Source of the DNA: Alphaproteobacteria bacterium
GTDB lineage: Bacteria > Pseudomonadota > Alphaproteobacteria > SP197
DNA length: 64,000 nt
NCBI GenBank assembly: GCA_964291415.2
Contig: OZ219918.1
Location: 160,001-224,000 of the forward strand
Direction of reading: 5' to 3'
The notes below the pieces were generated by a model, which saw nothing but the letters and a program-made list of their open reading frames with translations, ran no database searches and was not told the DNA's origin. Within the stretch, counting starts at the first letter, position 1. The number at the start of each line of letters is the position of its first letter. This document shows, piece after piece, positions 19,063-29,652 of the stretch. The translations under genes were made by a program, and so were the position numbers.

Positions 19063-20013
19063 ATGATCCCGGCGCTCCTCGACTGCGACACGGGCCATGA
19101 CGACGCCATGGCCATCCTCATGGCCGGGCAGCGGCTCGATCTGCGGGGAGTGACCACGGTCTTCGGCAACGCGACCGTCGCCGATACCACGGCCAACACC
19201 TGCCGGATCCTGGAACTCGCCAGACTCGTCGATGTTCCCGTCGCCGTCGGTGCTGCCGCGCCCCTGGAGGGCGCCTTTGTCCATGAAGCCGGAGTCCATG
19301 GCATGACGGGAATGGATGGACACGACCTGCCGTCACCGGCGGTCCGCCCCATCGACGAACCGGCTGCGGACTTCGTGGCCCGTACTGCTGCCGCCACCAG
19401 GGGACTCCATCTCGTCGCCACCGGCCCGCTCACCAACATCGCTCAAGCCCTGACGTCCTTTCCGGGAACACGGACGGCCCTCGCCGGAATCAGCATCATG
19501 GGAGGATCGACCGGTCTGGGCAACGCCACCCCGGTTGCCGAGTACAACATCCAGGCCGATCCGAAGGCTGCCGACATCGTCTTCGCCAGCGGCATTCCGA
19601 TTCGCATGGTGGGGCTCAATGTCACCCGCCAGGTGGCGGCAACGCCAGAGCGGCGGCGGCATCTGCGAAGCCTCGGCAACCGCACGGGCCAGGTGGTGGC
19701 CGATCTCCTCGACTACTTCAGCGAACGGCTCGAGGAACGCTATGGGCTCGCCGGGGCATCGATGCATGATCCCCTTGCCGTGGCGGCGCTTTGCGATCCC
19801 GACATTTTGCGATTCGAGGCCATGGAGGTGAGAATCGAAAGGGAGGGGGCCCATACCACGGGCATGACGGTGTGCGACCTTCGCCACTTGTGTCCATTGA
19901 CCCTGCGTCGTCAGCGGGATCCTCTGGGTTGTCCCAACGCCGAGGTTGCGGTGGCCGTGGATGCTGGTCTCTTCTGGGAGCGATTCATCGACGTGGTGGC
20001 AGACTGCCCATGA
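19063..20013 (+). CDS. Nucleoside hydrolase (IUNH family)
   Basis: Motifs DCDTGHDDAMA, TGPLTN, MGG..GN.TP.AEYN..AD and HDP. Confidence 0.9.
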   Translation: MIPALLDCDTGHDDAMAILMAGQRLDLRGVTTVFGNATVADTTANTCRILELARLVDVPVAVGAAAPLEGAFVHEAGVHGMTGMDGHDLPSPAVRPIDEPAADFVARTAAATRGLHLVATGPLTNIAQALTSFPGTRTALAGISIMGGSTGLGNATPVAEYNIQADPKAADIVFASGIPIRMVGLNVTRQVAATPERRRHLRSLGNRTGQVVADLLDYFSERLEERYGLAGASMHDPLAVAALCDPDILRFEAMEVRIEREGAHTTGMTVCDLRHLCPLTLRRQRDPLGCPNAEVAVAVDAGLFWERFIDVVADCP

Positions 20014-21161
20014 GAAACGAACCGGAATTCGACACCGACGAGATGCTGGAGGGCCTCGGCACATGGGTGCTCGTCGAGAGCCCCACCGACGTGCCCGAGG
20101 GCGTCAATGCCATGATGGACCTCGCAGAAGCCGAGATGGTGTCGCTGGGAGCGGCCATCAGCCGGGAACCGGGAGGCGACGGGTACGGCGACCTGCTCGT
20201 CGCCCGCGTGGAAGGCGCAAGCGAGGACAAGGGCATTCTGGTTCTCGGCCATCTCGATACCGTGCACGGCGTCGGCACTCTGGCCGGCCCACTCCCGTTC
20301 CGCCGCGACGGGGACCGGCTCTACGGTCCGGGCATCTACGACATGAAGGGCGGCATGTATGCCGCCTGCTATGCCATGAAGCAGCTGTTGCGCGCCGGCC
20401 GTACGCCCGTTCTTCCGGTGACCTTCATGTTCATTCCCAACGAGGAGGTGGGCAGCCCGACGACCCGGCAGCGCATAGAGGACGAGGCGCGGCGCCACCA
20501 GTATGTCCTGGTTCCGGAACCTGCCAAGCAGGGCCGGCTGGTGACCGGACGTCACGGCATCGCGCGCTACGTCGTGACCACCAGGGGCAGACCCTCCCAT
20601 GCCGGGGCGACCCTCGCCCGGGGTGCGAGCGCCATCCGTGAAATGGCCCACCAGATTCACGCCATCGAGACGAAGTCGGACCACCGCACCGGGACCACGA
20701 TGAGTGTCGGCATCGTCAACGGCGGCACGTTCGTCAACGTCGTTCCGATAGAGTGCCGTGCCGAGGTTCTGGCGGTCTTTCCCACCCGCGAGGCCTTCGA
20801 TTCCATTGCCGCCACCATGTCCTCCCTGAAGCCGGTCAACGCGGACGTCACGATCACCGTGGAGCCCGGACCGGTGCGGCCGCTCTTCGAACCGGGAGCG
20901 GAAACGCTCGCTCTCTATTCCCGCGCCGAGAAGATCGCCGGAGCAATCGGCTTCGTACCGGGCCATGGCAGCTTCGGCGGCGGCAGCGACGGCAACTTCA
21001 CCGGTGCGCTCGGCATTCCCACGCTCGACGGCCTCGGGTTGTGCGGCGACGGCGCCCATACGCACGACGAGCACATCCTCGTCTCCTCCCTGGTTCCCAG
21101 GGCGCGCCTTCTGGCCGGTCTTCTCGAAAGCCTCGGTGATCCGGAACCCGACACCCGATGA
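20010..21161 (+). CDS. M20 family metallopeptidase/amidohydrolase (glutamate carboxypeptidase-like)
   Basis: Motifs GHLDTV, GPGIYDMKGG, NEEVGS, GGSDGN and GAH. ATGA overlap with the upstream gene. Confidence 0.9.
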   Translation: MRNEPEFDTDEMLEGLGTWVLVESPTDVPEGVNAMMDLAEAEMVSLGAAISREPGGDGYGDLLVARVEGASEDKGILVLGHLDTVHGVGTLAGPLPFRRDGDRLYGPGIYDMKGGMYAACYAMKQLLRAGRTPVLPVTFMFIPNEEVGSPTTRQRIEDEARRHQYVLVPEPAKQGRLVTGRHGIARYVVTTRGRPSHAGATLARGASAIREMAHQIHAIETKSDHRTGTTMSVGIVNGGTFVNVVPIECRAEVLAVFPTREAFDSIAATMSSLKPVNADVTITVEPGPVRPLFEPGAETLALYSRAEKIAGAIGFVPGHGSFGGGSDGNFTGALGIPTLDGLGLCGDGAHTHDEHILVSSLVPRARLLAGLLESLGDPEPDTR

Positions 21162-21246
21162 ACGGCAGAGTCGCGACCTCTGCGTCGCGCTGTCCGTCCG
21201 GCGTGGTGAGCGACACAACCCACCGGGACATGCCATCACGTGACGC

Positions 21247-21273
21247 CATTGATTCCAATCAGGGGAATCAATG
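21247..21273. terminator. Inverted repeat between convergent genes (possible bidirectional terminator)
   Basis: CATTGATTCC-aatcagg-GGAATCAATG, a perfect 10-bp stem. Confidence 0.45.
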
Positions 21274-21485
21274 CCCCGGCTGAAGGGGCGATCAGCAACG
21301 CCGTTCGTGTCCGTTCGCCCGGGCCGAGACCCAGCTCGCCGCACGATCCCGCACTTGAGAGGCGCATCCCGAAGGCAGTGCTCATTGCCGTGCCCGCCGA
21401 AAATTCGGGGTCAATGGCCATTCTCGGGCGCAGAATTCGGGAAAGCGCAAACCGCAAGGTCTGTGACGCGGCAGTCCAGGCGCGT

Positions 21486-22604
21486 TCAGCCGCCGTGGCG
21501 TTCCAGAGCTTCGAGCACCTGTGAATGGAAGGTATGCAGCGGAACCTCGGAGAACCACGAGTCCTCAGGGTCGCAAACATAGCGTCCCTGATCGTAGCCC
21601 AGGCTCGACAGGCCTCGCTGGACGCTTTCGACGATGGCGATATCCTGCTGGTTGAAGTGATCCATGAACAGGCTCTTCACGGCAAGAAGCTTGGGATCGA
21701 CGGGCCCCTCGGGGGCATAGATGTCCACGCGTTCCGCGCATCGGCCGACACCGTTCGGGAGCATTCGCAGCACCAGCAGGTTTCTGGAACCCGGCAAGCT
21801 CAACATGTTCAGCGTTGGCCAGGCCATCCACGCGACGTAGGGGGAGCCGGCCTCGATCTCGAGACCCTCGAACCCCGTCCGGCTGCGATAGAGGAAATAG
21901 GAGAACCGTTCCTCCTGGACGAAATCGTCAAGGCCTTCGTCCAGCACCCGGGCAAGTTCCGGGTGCGCGACAGGAATGTGATAGGCCTCCGCGAAGTTGT
22001 CGACGACGACTTTCCAGTTCGCTTCGATATCGTAGTGGAGACGTTCCACCGCGACGAAGTTCTCGATGTCCGGCAGATGCCGCGTGATTGTCCCGCCGAA
22101 CCGGCCCATCGTCGTCTCGAACGGTTCGCATCCGGAATCGAGATTGACGAACAGCAGGCCCGCGCTCTCGGCGACGTTGATTCTCCGCAGGGAGAATTGC
22201 CCACGATCGAAGTTCGCGAGCGACTCGGTGTGCGGTGCGTTCCGCAGCGTGCCGTCAAGGCCGTAGAACCACGCGTGATAGGGACAGGTGATGCCGACCT
22301 TGAGTGAACCGCGTCCCTTGAGCAGTTCATGGCCCCGGTGCTGACAGACGTTGAAGTATGCCCGGACCTGACCGCCTTGATCGCGCAGCACGACGATCGG
22401 CTGTCCTGCGATGCTGTCGGTAAAGTAGTCCCCGGGGCCGGGAATGTCGCTGACATGTCCGACATAGCACCAGCTCTTGCAGTGGACGGCGTGAAGCTCG
22501 CGCCGGTAGATGTCGTTATCGGTGTAGTAGCGCGACGGCAGGGTCGGCGATTCCAGGTGGTTTGTCCGGAAGGACCCTCGTTCGCCGACGGGCTGCTCGG
22601 TCAT
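21486..22604 (-). CDS. Rieske non-heme iron oxygenase alpha subunit (CntA/choline-betaine monooxygenase-like)
   Basis: Rieske CQH...CPYH, mononuclear Fe site NWKVVVDNFAEAYHIPVAHP and C-terminal DIAIVESVQRGL. Confidence 0.9.
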   Translation of the reverse strand: MTEQPVGERGSFRTNHLESPTLPSRYYTDNDIYRRELHAVHCKSWCYVGHVSDIPGPGDYFTDSIAGQPIVVLRDQGGQVRAYFNVCQHRGHELLKGRGSLKVGITCPYHAWFYGLDGTLRNAPHTESLANFDRGQFSLRRINVAESAGLLFVNLDSGCEPFETTMGRFGGTITRHLPDIENFVAVERLHYDIEANWKVVVDNFAEAYHIPVAHPELARVLDEGLDDFVQEERFSYFLYRSRTGFEGLEIEAGSPYVAWMAWPTLNMLSLPGSRNLLVLRMLPNGVGRCAERVDIYAPEGPVDPKLLAVKSLFMDHFNQQDIAIVESVQRGLSSLGYDQGRYVCDPEDSWFSEVPLHTFHSQVLEALERHGG

Positions 22605-22609
22605 GCTGG

Positions 22610-24649
22610 CTATTCATCCCATGGTTGGGGCAGGGGCGGCGGCGTCATCCCGGTTGGATTGTCCAGGGCGCGGGCCCAACCATGCCCGGCGTGGACCGCG
22701 CCCGCAATCAGATGCGGCGCATCGCAATCGCCGATTTTCGAGATTGTGACCGGAGCATCCCGCGGCACATTGGCGCACAGGTCCCGATAGAGCGAGTCAT
22801 CGGGTGCGCGCGATGTCAGCAACACGACCGACGAGGCCGGCAGGTCGAGGCCTTCGCCCCCGTGAACGCAGTCGAGAACGACGTGATCATCGGCGATCCT
22901 GTTCATGGATTTCAGGCGCACGACCGGAATGTCGAGCTCGACCATGCGAGCGGCAACGACGTGCTGTTCCATCGTCAGGGCCAGGAAGGGAGCGATTTCC
23001 GATGCCGGTGTCACCAGCGTGACATCGAGCCCGATCGACTTGAGCAGCTCCGCAATGACGTTGCCGAGATACGTGCCGTCCTCGTCGTAGACGACGACCC
23101 GCCCGGTCGGAACCATGCCGTCCATGATGTCGTCGGGCGTCAGAACCTGAGCACCGGCAGAAACCGCCAAGGGTTCGGCCGACCATCGGCCGCGGCCGTC
23201 GCGCCGCCAGGTCGCGCCTGTCGCCACGACGATGTGCTGCGCGCCGAAGGAGAGTGCCGTCTCGGCATCCAGGGCGCTGGCGGAGTAGAGTTCGGCGTTG
23301 GCCATTTGCTGCAGTCCGTGGACGCGGTGATCGGCGACTCGCGACCATTCGCCCAGCCCGGGAAGAGCGCTTTCCCGCAGCACGCGTCCGCCCATCTCCT
23401 CGCGTGCCTCGGCGACCGTGACCGTGTAGCCACGGCGGGCGAGGACGTGGGCGCACTCAAGGCCTGCAGGTCCTCCTCCAATGACGAGGATCGTATCGTC
23501 CGAACCTGCTGACGGCAGGTTCTCGGGATGCCATCCGCGCCGCAACTCCTCCATCATCGTCGGGTTCTGCGTGCAGCGAATGGGCGAATAGGAAAACTCG
23601 CCCGAGACGCAGACGTTGCAGCCGATGCACTCGCGAATGTCATCGGATCGCCCCTCCCGGATCTTGCGAGGCAAGAACGGATCGGCGATTGACGGACGTG
23701 CCGCCCCCACAAGGTCAACGATGCCCCGCCGAACCTGCGACACCATGGTGTCGGGCGACGTGAAGCGCCCGACGCCGACCACCGGCTTGTCGACGACCGA
23801 TTTGACGAACGCCGTGTCCTGCTCCTGGAAGCCCTCCTTCGCAAAGCGGGATGTCTGGGAATCCGCCGGCCATTCGGAAATGTTGACATCCCACAGATCC
23901 GGGATGTCCTTGAGCATCTCCACCAGTTCACGGCCCTGGACGGGATCGTTGTCGATCTCGTTGACGGCAAAGCGCAACGCCACGGCGCAGCCATCGCCGA
24001 TGTCTTCCTTCATGTCCTCGAGAGCCTCGCGCAGCAACCGCGCACGATTCTCCAGAGAACCACCGTACTCGTCTCTCCTGTCGTTGAAACGCCGCTGCAG
24101 GAACTGGCTGAAGATCGACAGACCATGACTTGCGTAGGCGTAAACAACATCGAAGCCGGCGGAACGTGCGCGCCGGGCGGCGGCCCGGTGCTGTTCGCGC
24201 ACACGCCGGATGTCGCCAGCGTCCATGGCCCGCGACTGGAACGGTTCCACCGACTCGAGCGTGAGATGTGATGCCGGTGCCAGAACGGCGAGACGGTTCG
24301 CCCGGTTTCCGGAAGCCAGCCCAAGGTGTCCCAGTTCGACCGCGGCAAGGGCGCCGTGGAGATGAATGGCGTCGGCAATCCTGGCAATCGGGGCGATATG
24401 GTTGTCATTCCAGAGATGGAGGGACGGATACGGCCAGAACTCGGATTCGGGTCCGACCTCTGCGAGTTCGGTCGAAACGATACCCCAGCCGCCTTCCGCC
24501 TTGATCGCGCGCATGCGGGCAACAGCTTCCGGCGCCAGGTCGCTCACACCGGTGCAGTGAGGCACCTGAACGAAGCGATTGGGGGCCGTGACCGGCCCGA
24601 TCCGGACCTCCTCGAACAGTATGTCGTACCGTGGGTCACGTTGCGTCAT
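22610..24649 (-). CDS. Trimethylamine/histamine dehydrogenase family flavoprotein (6-S-cysteinyl-FMN, 4Fe-4S)
   Basis: RDPRYDILFE...NRFVQVPHC carries the flavinylated Cys. Also ARPSIADP, CIGCNVC...CTQN and GGGPAG. Confidence 0.9.
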   Translation of the reverse strand: MTQRDPRYDILFEEVRIGPVTAPNRFVQVPHCTGVSDLAPEAVARMRAIKAEGGWGIVSTELAEVGPESEFWPYPSLHLWNDNHIAPIARIADAIHLHGALAAVELGHLGLASGNRANRLAVLAPASHLTLESVEPFQSRAMDAGDIRRVREQHRAAARRARSAGFDVVYAYASHGLSIFSQFLQRRFNDRRDEYGGSLENRARLLREALEDMKEDIGDGCAVALRFAVNEIDNDPVQGRELVEMLKDIPDLWDVNISEWPADSQTSRFAKEGFQEQDTAFVKSVVDKPVVGVGRFTSPDTMVSQVRRGIVDLVGAARPSIADPFLPRKIREGRSDDIRECIGCNVCVSGEFSYSPIRCTQNPTMMEELRRGWHPENLPSAGSDDTILVIGGGPAGLECAHVLARRGYTVTVAEAREEMGGRVLRESALPGLGEWSRVADHRVHGLQQMANAELYSASALDAETALSFGAQHIVVATGATWRRDGRGRWSAEPLAVSAGAQVLTPDDIMDGMVPTGRVVVYDEDGTYLGNVIAELLKSIGLDVTLVTPASEIAPFLALTMEQHVVAARMVELDIPVVRLKSMNRIADDHVVLDCVHGGEGLDLPASSVVLLTSRAPDDSLYRDLCANVPRDAPVTISKIGDCDAPHLIAGAVHAGHGWARALDNPTGMTPPPLPQPWDE

Positions 24650-24713
24650 GTCGTCGGTTCCCGTCCAGGTTCAACGGGGCGGCAGCCTTGGGTGACCACC
24701 ACCCCGGGGCACG

Positions 24714-25814
24714 CTACAGTCCCGCCTTGACTTCCTCGAAAAGGAACTGGAGGTCGGACTCGCCCTGAATCGGCTGCTGGTAGATCCCCGCCGCGAGAAT
24801 CTCCTGGGGATTCTTCGACAGTCCGAGTGCCGTAAGCACATCTTCGCTCACGAGGTCGAAGGCCGACTGCGTGGCGGCACCGTAACCGAACACCTCCATC
24901 TCGTATGCGCGCGAGCGCGGATCGAGAAAGGCGTTGATCAACGCATGGGCCTTGTCCGGGTATGGACTGTCCGTCGCAATCGACAGGCCACAAACCCAGG
25001 TCATGGCGCCTTCCTTCGGATTCATGAAGGCGACCGGAAGACCCTGGCTCTTGAGGCGGACGACCGACTCGTTCCAGGTCGTGGCGGCGATCAGTTCGCC
25101 GCTGGCCAGACCCTGCTCCATGCCCGTGTAGTCATTCGAGTAGTAGCGCAGATTGGCGGTCAAATCCTCGAGATAGGGACGGATCGTGTCGAGTGCGTCC
25201 TGCGTGGAATAGTCAAATGGGTTGTCGAGACCCGCGACGATTCCGGCGATGACAACGCCATCAACGAGACTGTCGAATGCCGCCACCTGTCCCCTGTATT
25301 TGGGGTCCCAGAGAATCATCCAGGATTCGTCGTCGACATATTCCGGCGCGAGATCGGTTCGATAGAGAATTGAGGTGAGACCCCAGTCCACCGGCACCCA
25401 GTAGTGGTCGCCGTCGATGGTGCTTCCCGGAACGTCCTTCAATGCCGGGATGATGTCGCCCCAGTTGGCGAGGCGAGAGACATCGACAGGCTGGAGCAGG
25501 CCCGAATCGACCCACTTCTTGATGCTGTAGTTGCAGGGGAACACCACGTCGGGGGCAAAGCCCGCGCGCATCTTGGCGATGCCCTCTTCCTCGTCGCCCC
25601 AGAACGTGAAGTTCGGAGCACCGCCTTCCTGTTCGACATAGGCCTGCCAGAGATTCTCGTCATCGTAGCCGGCCCATCCGAAGTAGGTGGCCTGGCCGTC
25701 ATCGGCCCGCACGCCCTGGCTGGTCGAGGCAAGGTGGAACGTTGGAACGACGCCCGCTGCCGTCAACCCGGCCAACACGTTGCGGCGGTTCAGCGCAACA
25801 AGGGGATGTTTCAC
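24714..25814 (-). CDS. PotD/PotF-like amine solute-binding protein (Tat signal)
   Basis: Tat motif NRRNVL, then WAGY, VPVDWG and PKEGAMTW. GTG start with an AAGGAGG RBS. Confidence 0.85.
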   Translation of the reverse strand: MKHPLVALNRRNVLAGLTAAGVVPTFHLASTSQGVRADDGQATYFGWAGYDDENLWQAYVEQEGGAPNFTFWGDEEEGIAKMRAGFAPDVVFPCNYSIKKWVDSGLLQPVDVSRLANWGDIIPALKDVPGSTIDGDHYWVPVDWGLTSILYRTDLAPEYVDDESWMILWDPKYRGQVAAFDSLVDGVVIAGIVAGLDNPFDYSTQDALDTIRPYLEDLTANLRYYSNDYTGMEQGLASGELIAATTWNESVVRLKSQGLPVAFMNPKEGAMTWVCGLSIATDSPYPDKAHALINAFLDPRSRAYEMEVFGYGAATQSAFDLVSEDVLTALGLSKNPQEILAAGIYQQPIQGESDLQFLFEEVKAGL

Positions 25815-25949
25815 GGTAGCCTCCTTTGATCGTCTTCGCATGTCGGTGTGGGTTCCGGACCCACGATTGGCGACCAGTATCGGTTTGGCAGACGGCACGG
25901 TTCAATTGTCCCACTTGGGACACACGGCAATCAGCACTATGATTGTTCC

Positions 25950-26972
25950 ATGCAGGCCGTCACGGACATGCTGATGGAGGTTGCCGGTTCGATCGGAACC
26001 AGATCATTCTACAGTGACGTCATGCACGGGATGCTCGAGACAATGGCATCCGACCACTCTCAGGTCATTCATTACCCTGCAGGTGGTCGACCCGAATGCT
26101 TCATTGACGAACATACGTCAGAGCGCCTTCGCCGCCTCTATCGCAGGTTCTGTCCCTACGATCCCTTCTATCGCGATTGGCTCATGACCCATCGGGCAGG
26201 TCTGCGCCGGCTGCACGACGTCCAGCCACCGGACTATGATGAGGGCGGCTATTACACCAACTTCTACAGCGTCACGGGCTATGCAGACGAAGTGGGGCTC
26301 TTGTTTCCCGCCCTGAAGGGTTCGGCCATCGGTGTCTTCGTTCAGCGCGGCGATGTCTACCGCCGCGCCGAAGTCGAATTCCTGTCACGCCTGTTCCCGG
26401 CGCTCAGGCGTTTTCATGTCGCTCACAGGCGACAGTTGCTTTTTGCCTTGGCGATGAATCACACCGGCTTCGACTCCAGCGCAGTGGCCATTGTCGAGCC
26501 TTCAGGACGGATCGCCTATGCGACCGACTCGTTGCGGGAAGTTCCGCGGCACGAAGACGCCACCATCGAAGCGGTGCGGTGTCACGCCGCATCCGATATC
26601 GGGATCGTGTCGACAAGAATCGGTCCGGCGACGGTGACCAAACTCGATTGCTTCCCCCTGGCACCATCGGCATGGATCGTGGTGTTTGGCGCGGATTCGC
26701 ATCAGACCGACGGTCTTGACAGCGCATTGGCGAATTTCGGTGAAGGTTTGTTGAGCCGACGGGAGCACCAGATCTGTTGCCTTGCCTTTTCCGGTCTCGG
26801 CAACGTGCACATTGCGGACGTGCTCGGCATCAGCGAAGGCACGGTCAAGAACCTGCGCAAGAGGCTCTACTTGAAGATGGATGTCACGTGCGAACGCGAG
26901 CTGTTCGCGCTCTTCCTGGCGCACCTTCGAACCAGCCACAAGACGCAGACCTGGCCGGTCGCATTGACGTGA
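25950..26972 (+). CDS. LuxR-family transcriptional regulator
   Basis: C-terminal LSRREHQI...G.GN..IA..LGISEGTVKNLRKRLY HTH, with an N-terminal sensor region (DPFY). Confidence 0.85.
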   Translation: MQAVTDMLMEVAGSIGTRSFYSDVMHGMLETMASDHSQVIHYPAGGRPECFIDEHTSERLRRLYRRFCPYDPFYRDWLMTHRAGLRRLHDVQPPDYDEGGYYTNFYSVTGYADEVGLLFPALKGSAIGVFVQRGDVYRRAEVEFLSRLFPALRRFHVAHRRQLLFALAMNHTGFDSSAVAIVEPSGRIAYATDSLREVPRHEDATIEAVRCHAASDIGIVSTRIGPATVTKLDCFPLAPSAWIVVFGADSHQTDGLDSALANFGEGLLSRREHQICCLAFSGLGNVHIADVLGISEGTVKNLRKRLYLKMDVTCERELFALFLAHLRTSHKTQTWPVALT

Positions 26973-27125
26973 CGGGACACCGCAATTCTCCGGTGCGGGG
27001 CCTTGTTCCGAGCCGATCGAAGGACAACCGGCAGTCTGCGGCAAGGACGACGTCAAGCGTCGCGAATGCGCGATAGTCCGCGTGCCGTGGAGAGTGCGTT
27101 CCGGGAAGCTCCGGTGACCCGGAGT

Positions 27126-28244
27126 TCATCGCCCTATGAACGGCAGGTCCGTGACCTCTCCGTCACGCTCGCCGTCAGGCGTCGTGACCGTCACGCGCGT
27201 TCCCGCATCCCAGGCGTCGCGTTCCATCATGGCGAGGGCGATGTTGGCGGCAAGGTCGGGCGAGAAGGCCGCGGATGTCACCTGCCCCGCCGGTGCGCCG
27301 GAGCGCAGCACGGGCCAGGGGTCGATGCAGGCCGGCGCCGCTCGCCCTTCGAACCTGACGCCGCGGATGATCCTCGCCGGACCGCCCGAGTCGCGGACGC
27401 GTTCCAGGGCGTCGCGGCCGATGAACTCCACGGGTGACTCGAGATTCACGAAACGCTCGAGTGCACACTCGAAGGGATTGTTCTCAAGCGTCATGTCGTT
27501 GCCGTGCGAGAGGAGGGCACCCTCGATGCGCTCGATGAGATTCGGGCAGCCCGGCCCCACATGGAGGTCGCCGCCGACGGCGAACAGCGCATCCCACAGG
27601 GCCTGTCCGCTGGCCGAATCGTCGATGTAGATCTCGAATCCGCCCTGCTTGGACCATCCCGAACGCGCCACCACGAATGTATGGTCGGCAAAGGGCAGCA
27701 CCGCAAAGCCGAAGAAGCGGATGTCGCGCACCTGATCGCCGAGCACTCTCGAGAGGAGGTCGTCGGCCTTGGGACCCTGCACGGCGATGGGTCCGACACC
27801 CGGCTCGAAGACACGCGCGTCGAGACCCATGCCAAGGGCCAGGCCCTTGCCCCACAGCGCGACATCGGAATCGGCGAGGGAAATCCAGAAACGGTCCTCC
27901 GCCAGCCTCAAGATGACCGGGTCGTTGATCATGCCTCCCGTCTCGTCCACCAGCGGTGCATAGGCGCACCGGCCCGGAGCCAGCCGGGAAAGGTCGCGCG
28001 GCGTCATCAGCTGAACGAGGCGGGCCGCATCCGGGCCCACCACCTCGACCTGCTGCTCGCAGGTGACGTCCCAGACCTGCACATGCCGCTTGAGGTGATG
28101 GTAGTCCTCCTCGAGTCCGCGGAAGAACGTCGGCAGGAGCATGTGGTTGTAGACGGTGAACCCGCCGACACCCTGTGCCTCGATACGTGACGAGAACGGC
28201 GTGCGCCGGGTGCGGCGCGACACTGAGATGACTGGTTCGTGCAT
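27126..28244 (-). CDS. dmdA: DMSP demethylase-like GcvT-family aminomethyltransferase
   Basis: SRRTRRTPF, YNHMLLP, DYHHLKRHVQVWDV, GGMINDP, RSGWSKQGGFE and CPNLIERIE match the DmdA subgroup pattern. Confidence 0.8.
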   Translation of the reverse strand: MHEPVISVSRRTRRTPFSSRIEAQGVGGFTVYNHMLLPTFFRGLEEDYHHLKRHVQVWDVTCEQQVEVVGPDAARLVQLMTPRDLSRLAPGRCAYAPLVDETGGMINDPVILRLAEDRFWISLADSDVALWGKGLALGMGLDARVFEPGVGPIAVQGPKADDLLSRVLGDQVRDIRFFGFAVLPFADHTFVVARSGWSKQGGFEIYIDDSASGQALWDALFAVGGDLHVGPGCPNLIERIEGALLSHGNDMTLENNPFECALERFVNLESPVEFIGRDALERVRDSGGPARIIRGVRFEGRAAPACIDPWPVLRSGAPAGQVTSAAFSPDLAANIALAMMERDAWDAGTRVTVTTPDGERDGEVTDLPFIGR

Positions 28245-28329
28245 GGTCCGGGTCCTGGAGGCCGAGAAAACGGCGCAATCGTGCTATGGTCGAGGGGCGG
28301 TGTACAGTATCCCGCGAGAGGGGCAGGAC

Positions 28330-28971
28330 ATGGTGAAGCTCGACATTCTGCAGAAGGTCTACGAGTGCGGGAACCTCGACGAACTGCGCGGAATCTATGA
28401 TTCCTGGGCCGAAACATACGATGCGACAATACCAGGAGCACTGAACTACCGCGGTCACGAGTACATCGTCGACGCCGTGCGTCCCCATCTTGGCGACGAC
28501 GCGAGGATCCTTGATGCCGGCGCCGGAAGCGGCATGGTCGGACTGGCGGCGGCGCGGGCGGGATTCACCCACGTCGACGCCATGGATCTCTCGACGGGCA
28601 TGCTGAAGGTTGCGAGGGACCGCGGTGTCTACCGCGAGGTGCGCACCGGCATTCTCGGCGAGGCGCTGGACTATCCCGACGACGCCTATGATGCCGTTCT
28701 CAGTTCGGGTGTCTTCACGCCCGGCCATGCGCCACCGACCTCCTTTGACGAGATCATCCGCATCGTGAAGCCCGAAGGGCTTGTCTGCTTCACGTTGCGC
28801 CACGACCAGACACCACCGGGGTTCATCGAGAAGTTCGATGAACTCGCACAAGCCGGATCATGGCAGCGGGAGTGGGTGAGCGACCCATTCCAGTCCATGC
28901 CCGGGGGCGAACCGGAGATCCGGCACAGGACCTGGCTCTTCCGGGTGACATCGGAGCGCCCATCGGCGTGA
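28330..28971 (+). CDS. Class I SAM-dependent methyltransferase
   Basis: Motifs YDSWAETYD, motif I ILDAGAGSG, DLS.GML and GVFTPGH. Confidence 0.88.
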   Translation: MVKLDILQKVYECGNLDELRGIYDSWAETYDATIPGALNYRGHEYIVDAVRPHLGDDARILDAGAGSGMVGLAAARAGFTHVDAMDLSTGMLKVARDRGVYREVRTGILGEALDYPDDAYDAVLSSGVFTPGHAPPTSFDEIIRIVKPEGLVCFTLRHDQTPPGFIEKFDELAQAGSWQREWVSDPFQSMPGGEPEIRHRTWLFRVTSERPSA

Positions 28972-29648
28972 CGGGCGCGAACCCGGAGCCCGGCCGCCCG
29001 GTGCGCGTCTGGGATCGCCCGACGCGGGTGTTTCACTGGGTTCTCGTCGTCCTCTTCATCGTCTGCTACGTCAGCGGCGACCGTGGCAGGTTCGATATCC
29101 ACATCATTGCCGGCCAGGCCTTGCTGATCCTTGTCGTGGCGCGGATCATCTGGGGGTTCGTGGGCAGCGATACCGCCCGGTTTCGCCACTTTCTGCGGCC
29201 CCCGGGCGAGGTCATGGTGCATGTCCGGTCCCTTGGCGAGCGCCGGCCCGGCCACGACACCGGCCACAATCCCCTCGGAGGTCTGTCCGTTGTCCTGATG
29301 CTGTTCGTTCTCGTCATCCACACGGTGTCCGGGCTCTTTGCGGTGGATGTCGACGGATGGAACGAAGGGCCGCTGTCGCATGTCGTGAGCTACGAAGCGG
29401 CACGCAACGCTTCGGGCGTTCACGCCGTCACGGTCGACATCCTGCTCGTCCTTGTCGCCCTCCACGTCGCGGCTGTCGGGTTCCACTGGCTCTACAAGCG
29501 CGACAACCTCATCGTTCCCATGGTGACGGGCCGCAAGCACCTTCCTCCGGAGCGTGACGCCCCGCGTCTCGTCCCGGATCTCCTTGCCCTCGTCGCACTC
29601 GCCGTGGCCGCTTCGGTCGTGCTCGGGATCCTGGAGGCCGCCGGATAG
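28968..29648 (+). CDS. Cytochrome b (Ni-hydrogenase cytochrome b/b561-like)
   Basis: Motifs VWDRPTRVFHW, RIIWGFVGS..ARF, GHNPLG and LHVAAV. GTGA overlap with the methyltransferase stop. Confidence 0.88.
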   Translation: MTGANPEPGRPVRVWDRPTRVFHWVLVVLFIVCYVSGDRGRFDIHIIAGQALLILVVARIIWGFVGSDTARFRHFLRPPGEVMVHVRSLGERRPGHDTGHNPLGGLSVVLMLFVLVIHTVSGLFAVDVDGWNEGPLSHVVSYEAARNASGVHAVTVDILLVLVALHVAAVGFHWLYKRDNLIVPMVTGRKHLPPERDAPRLVPDLLALVALAVAASVVLGILEAAG

Positions 29649-29652
29649 ACGT

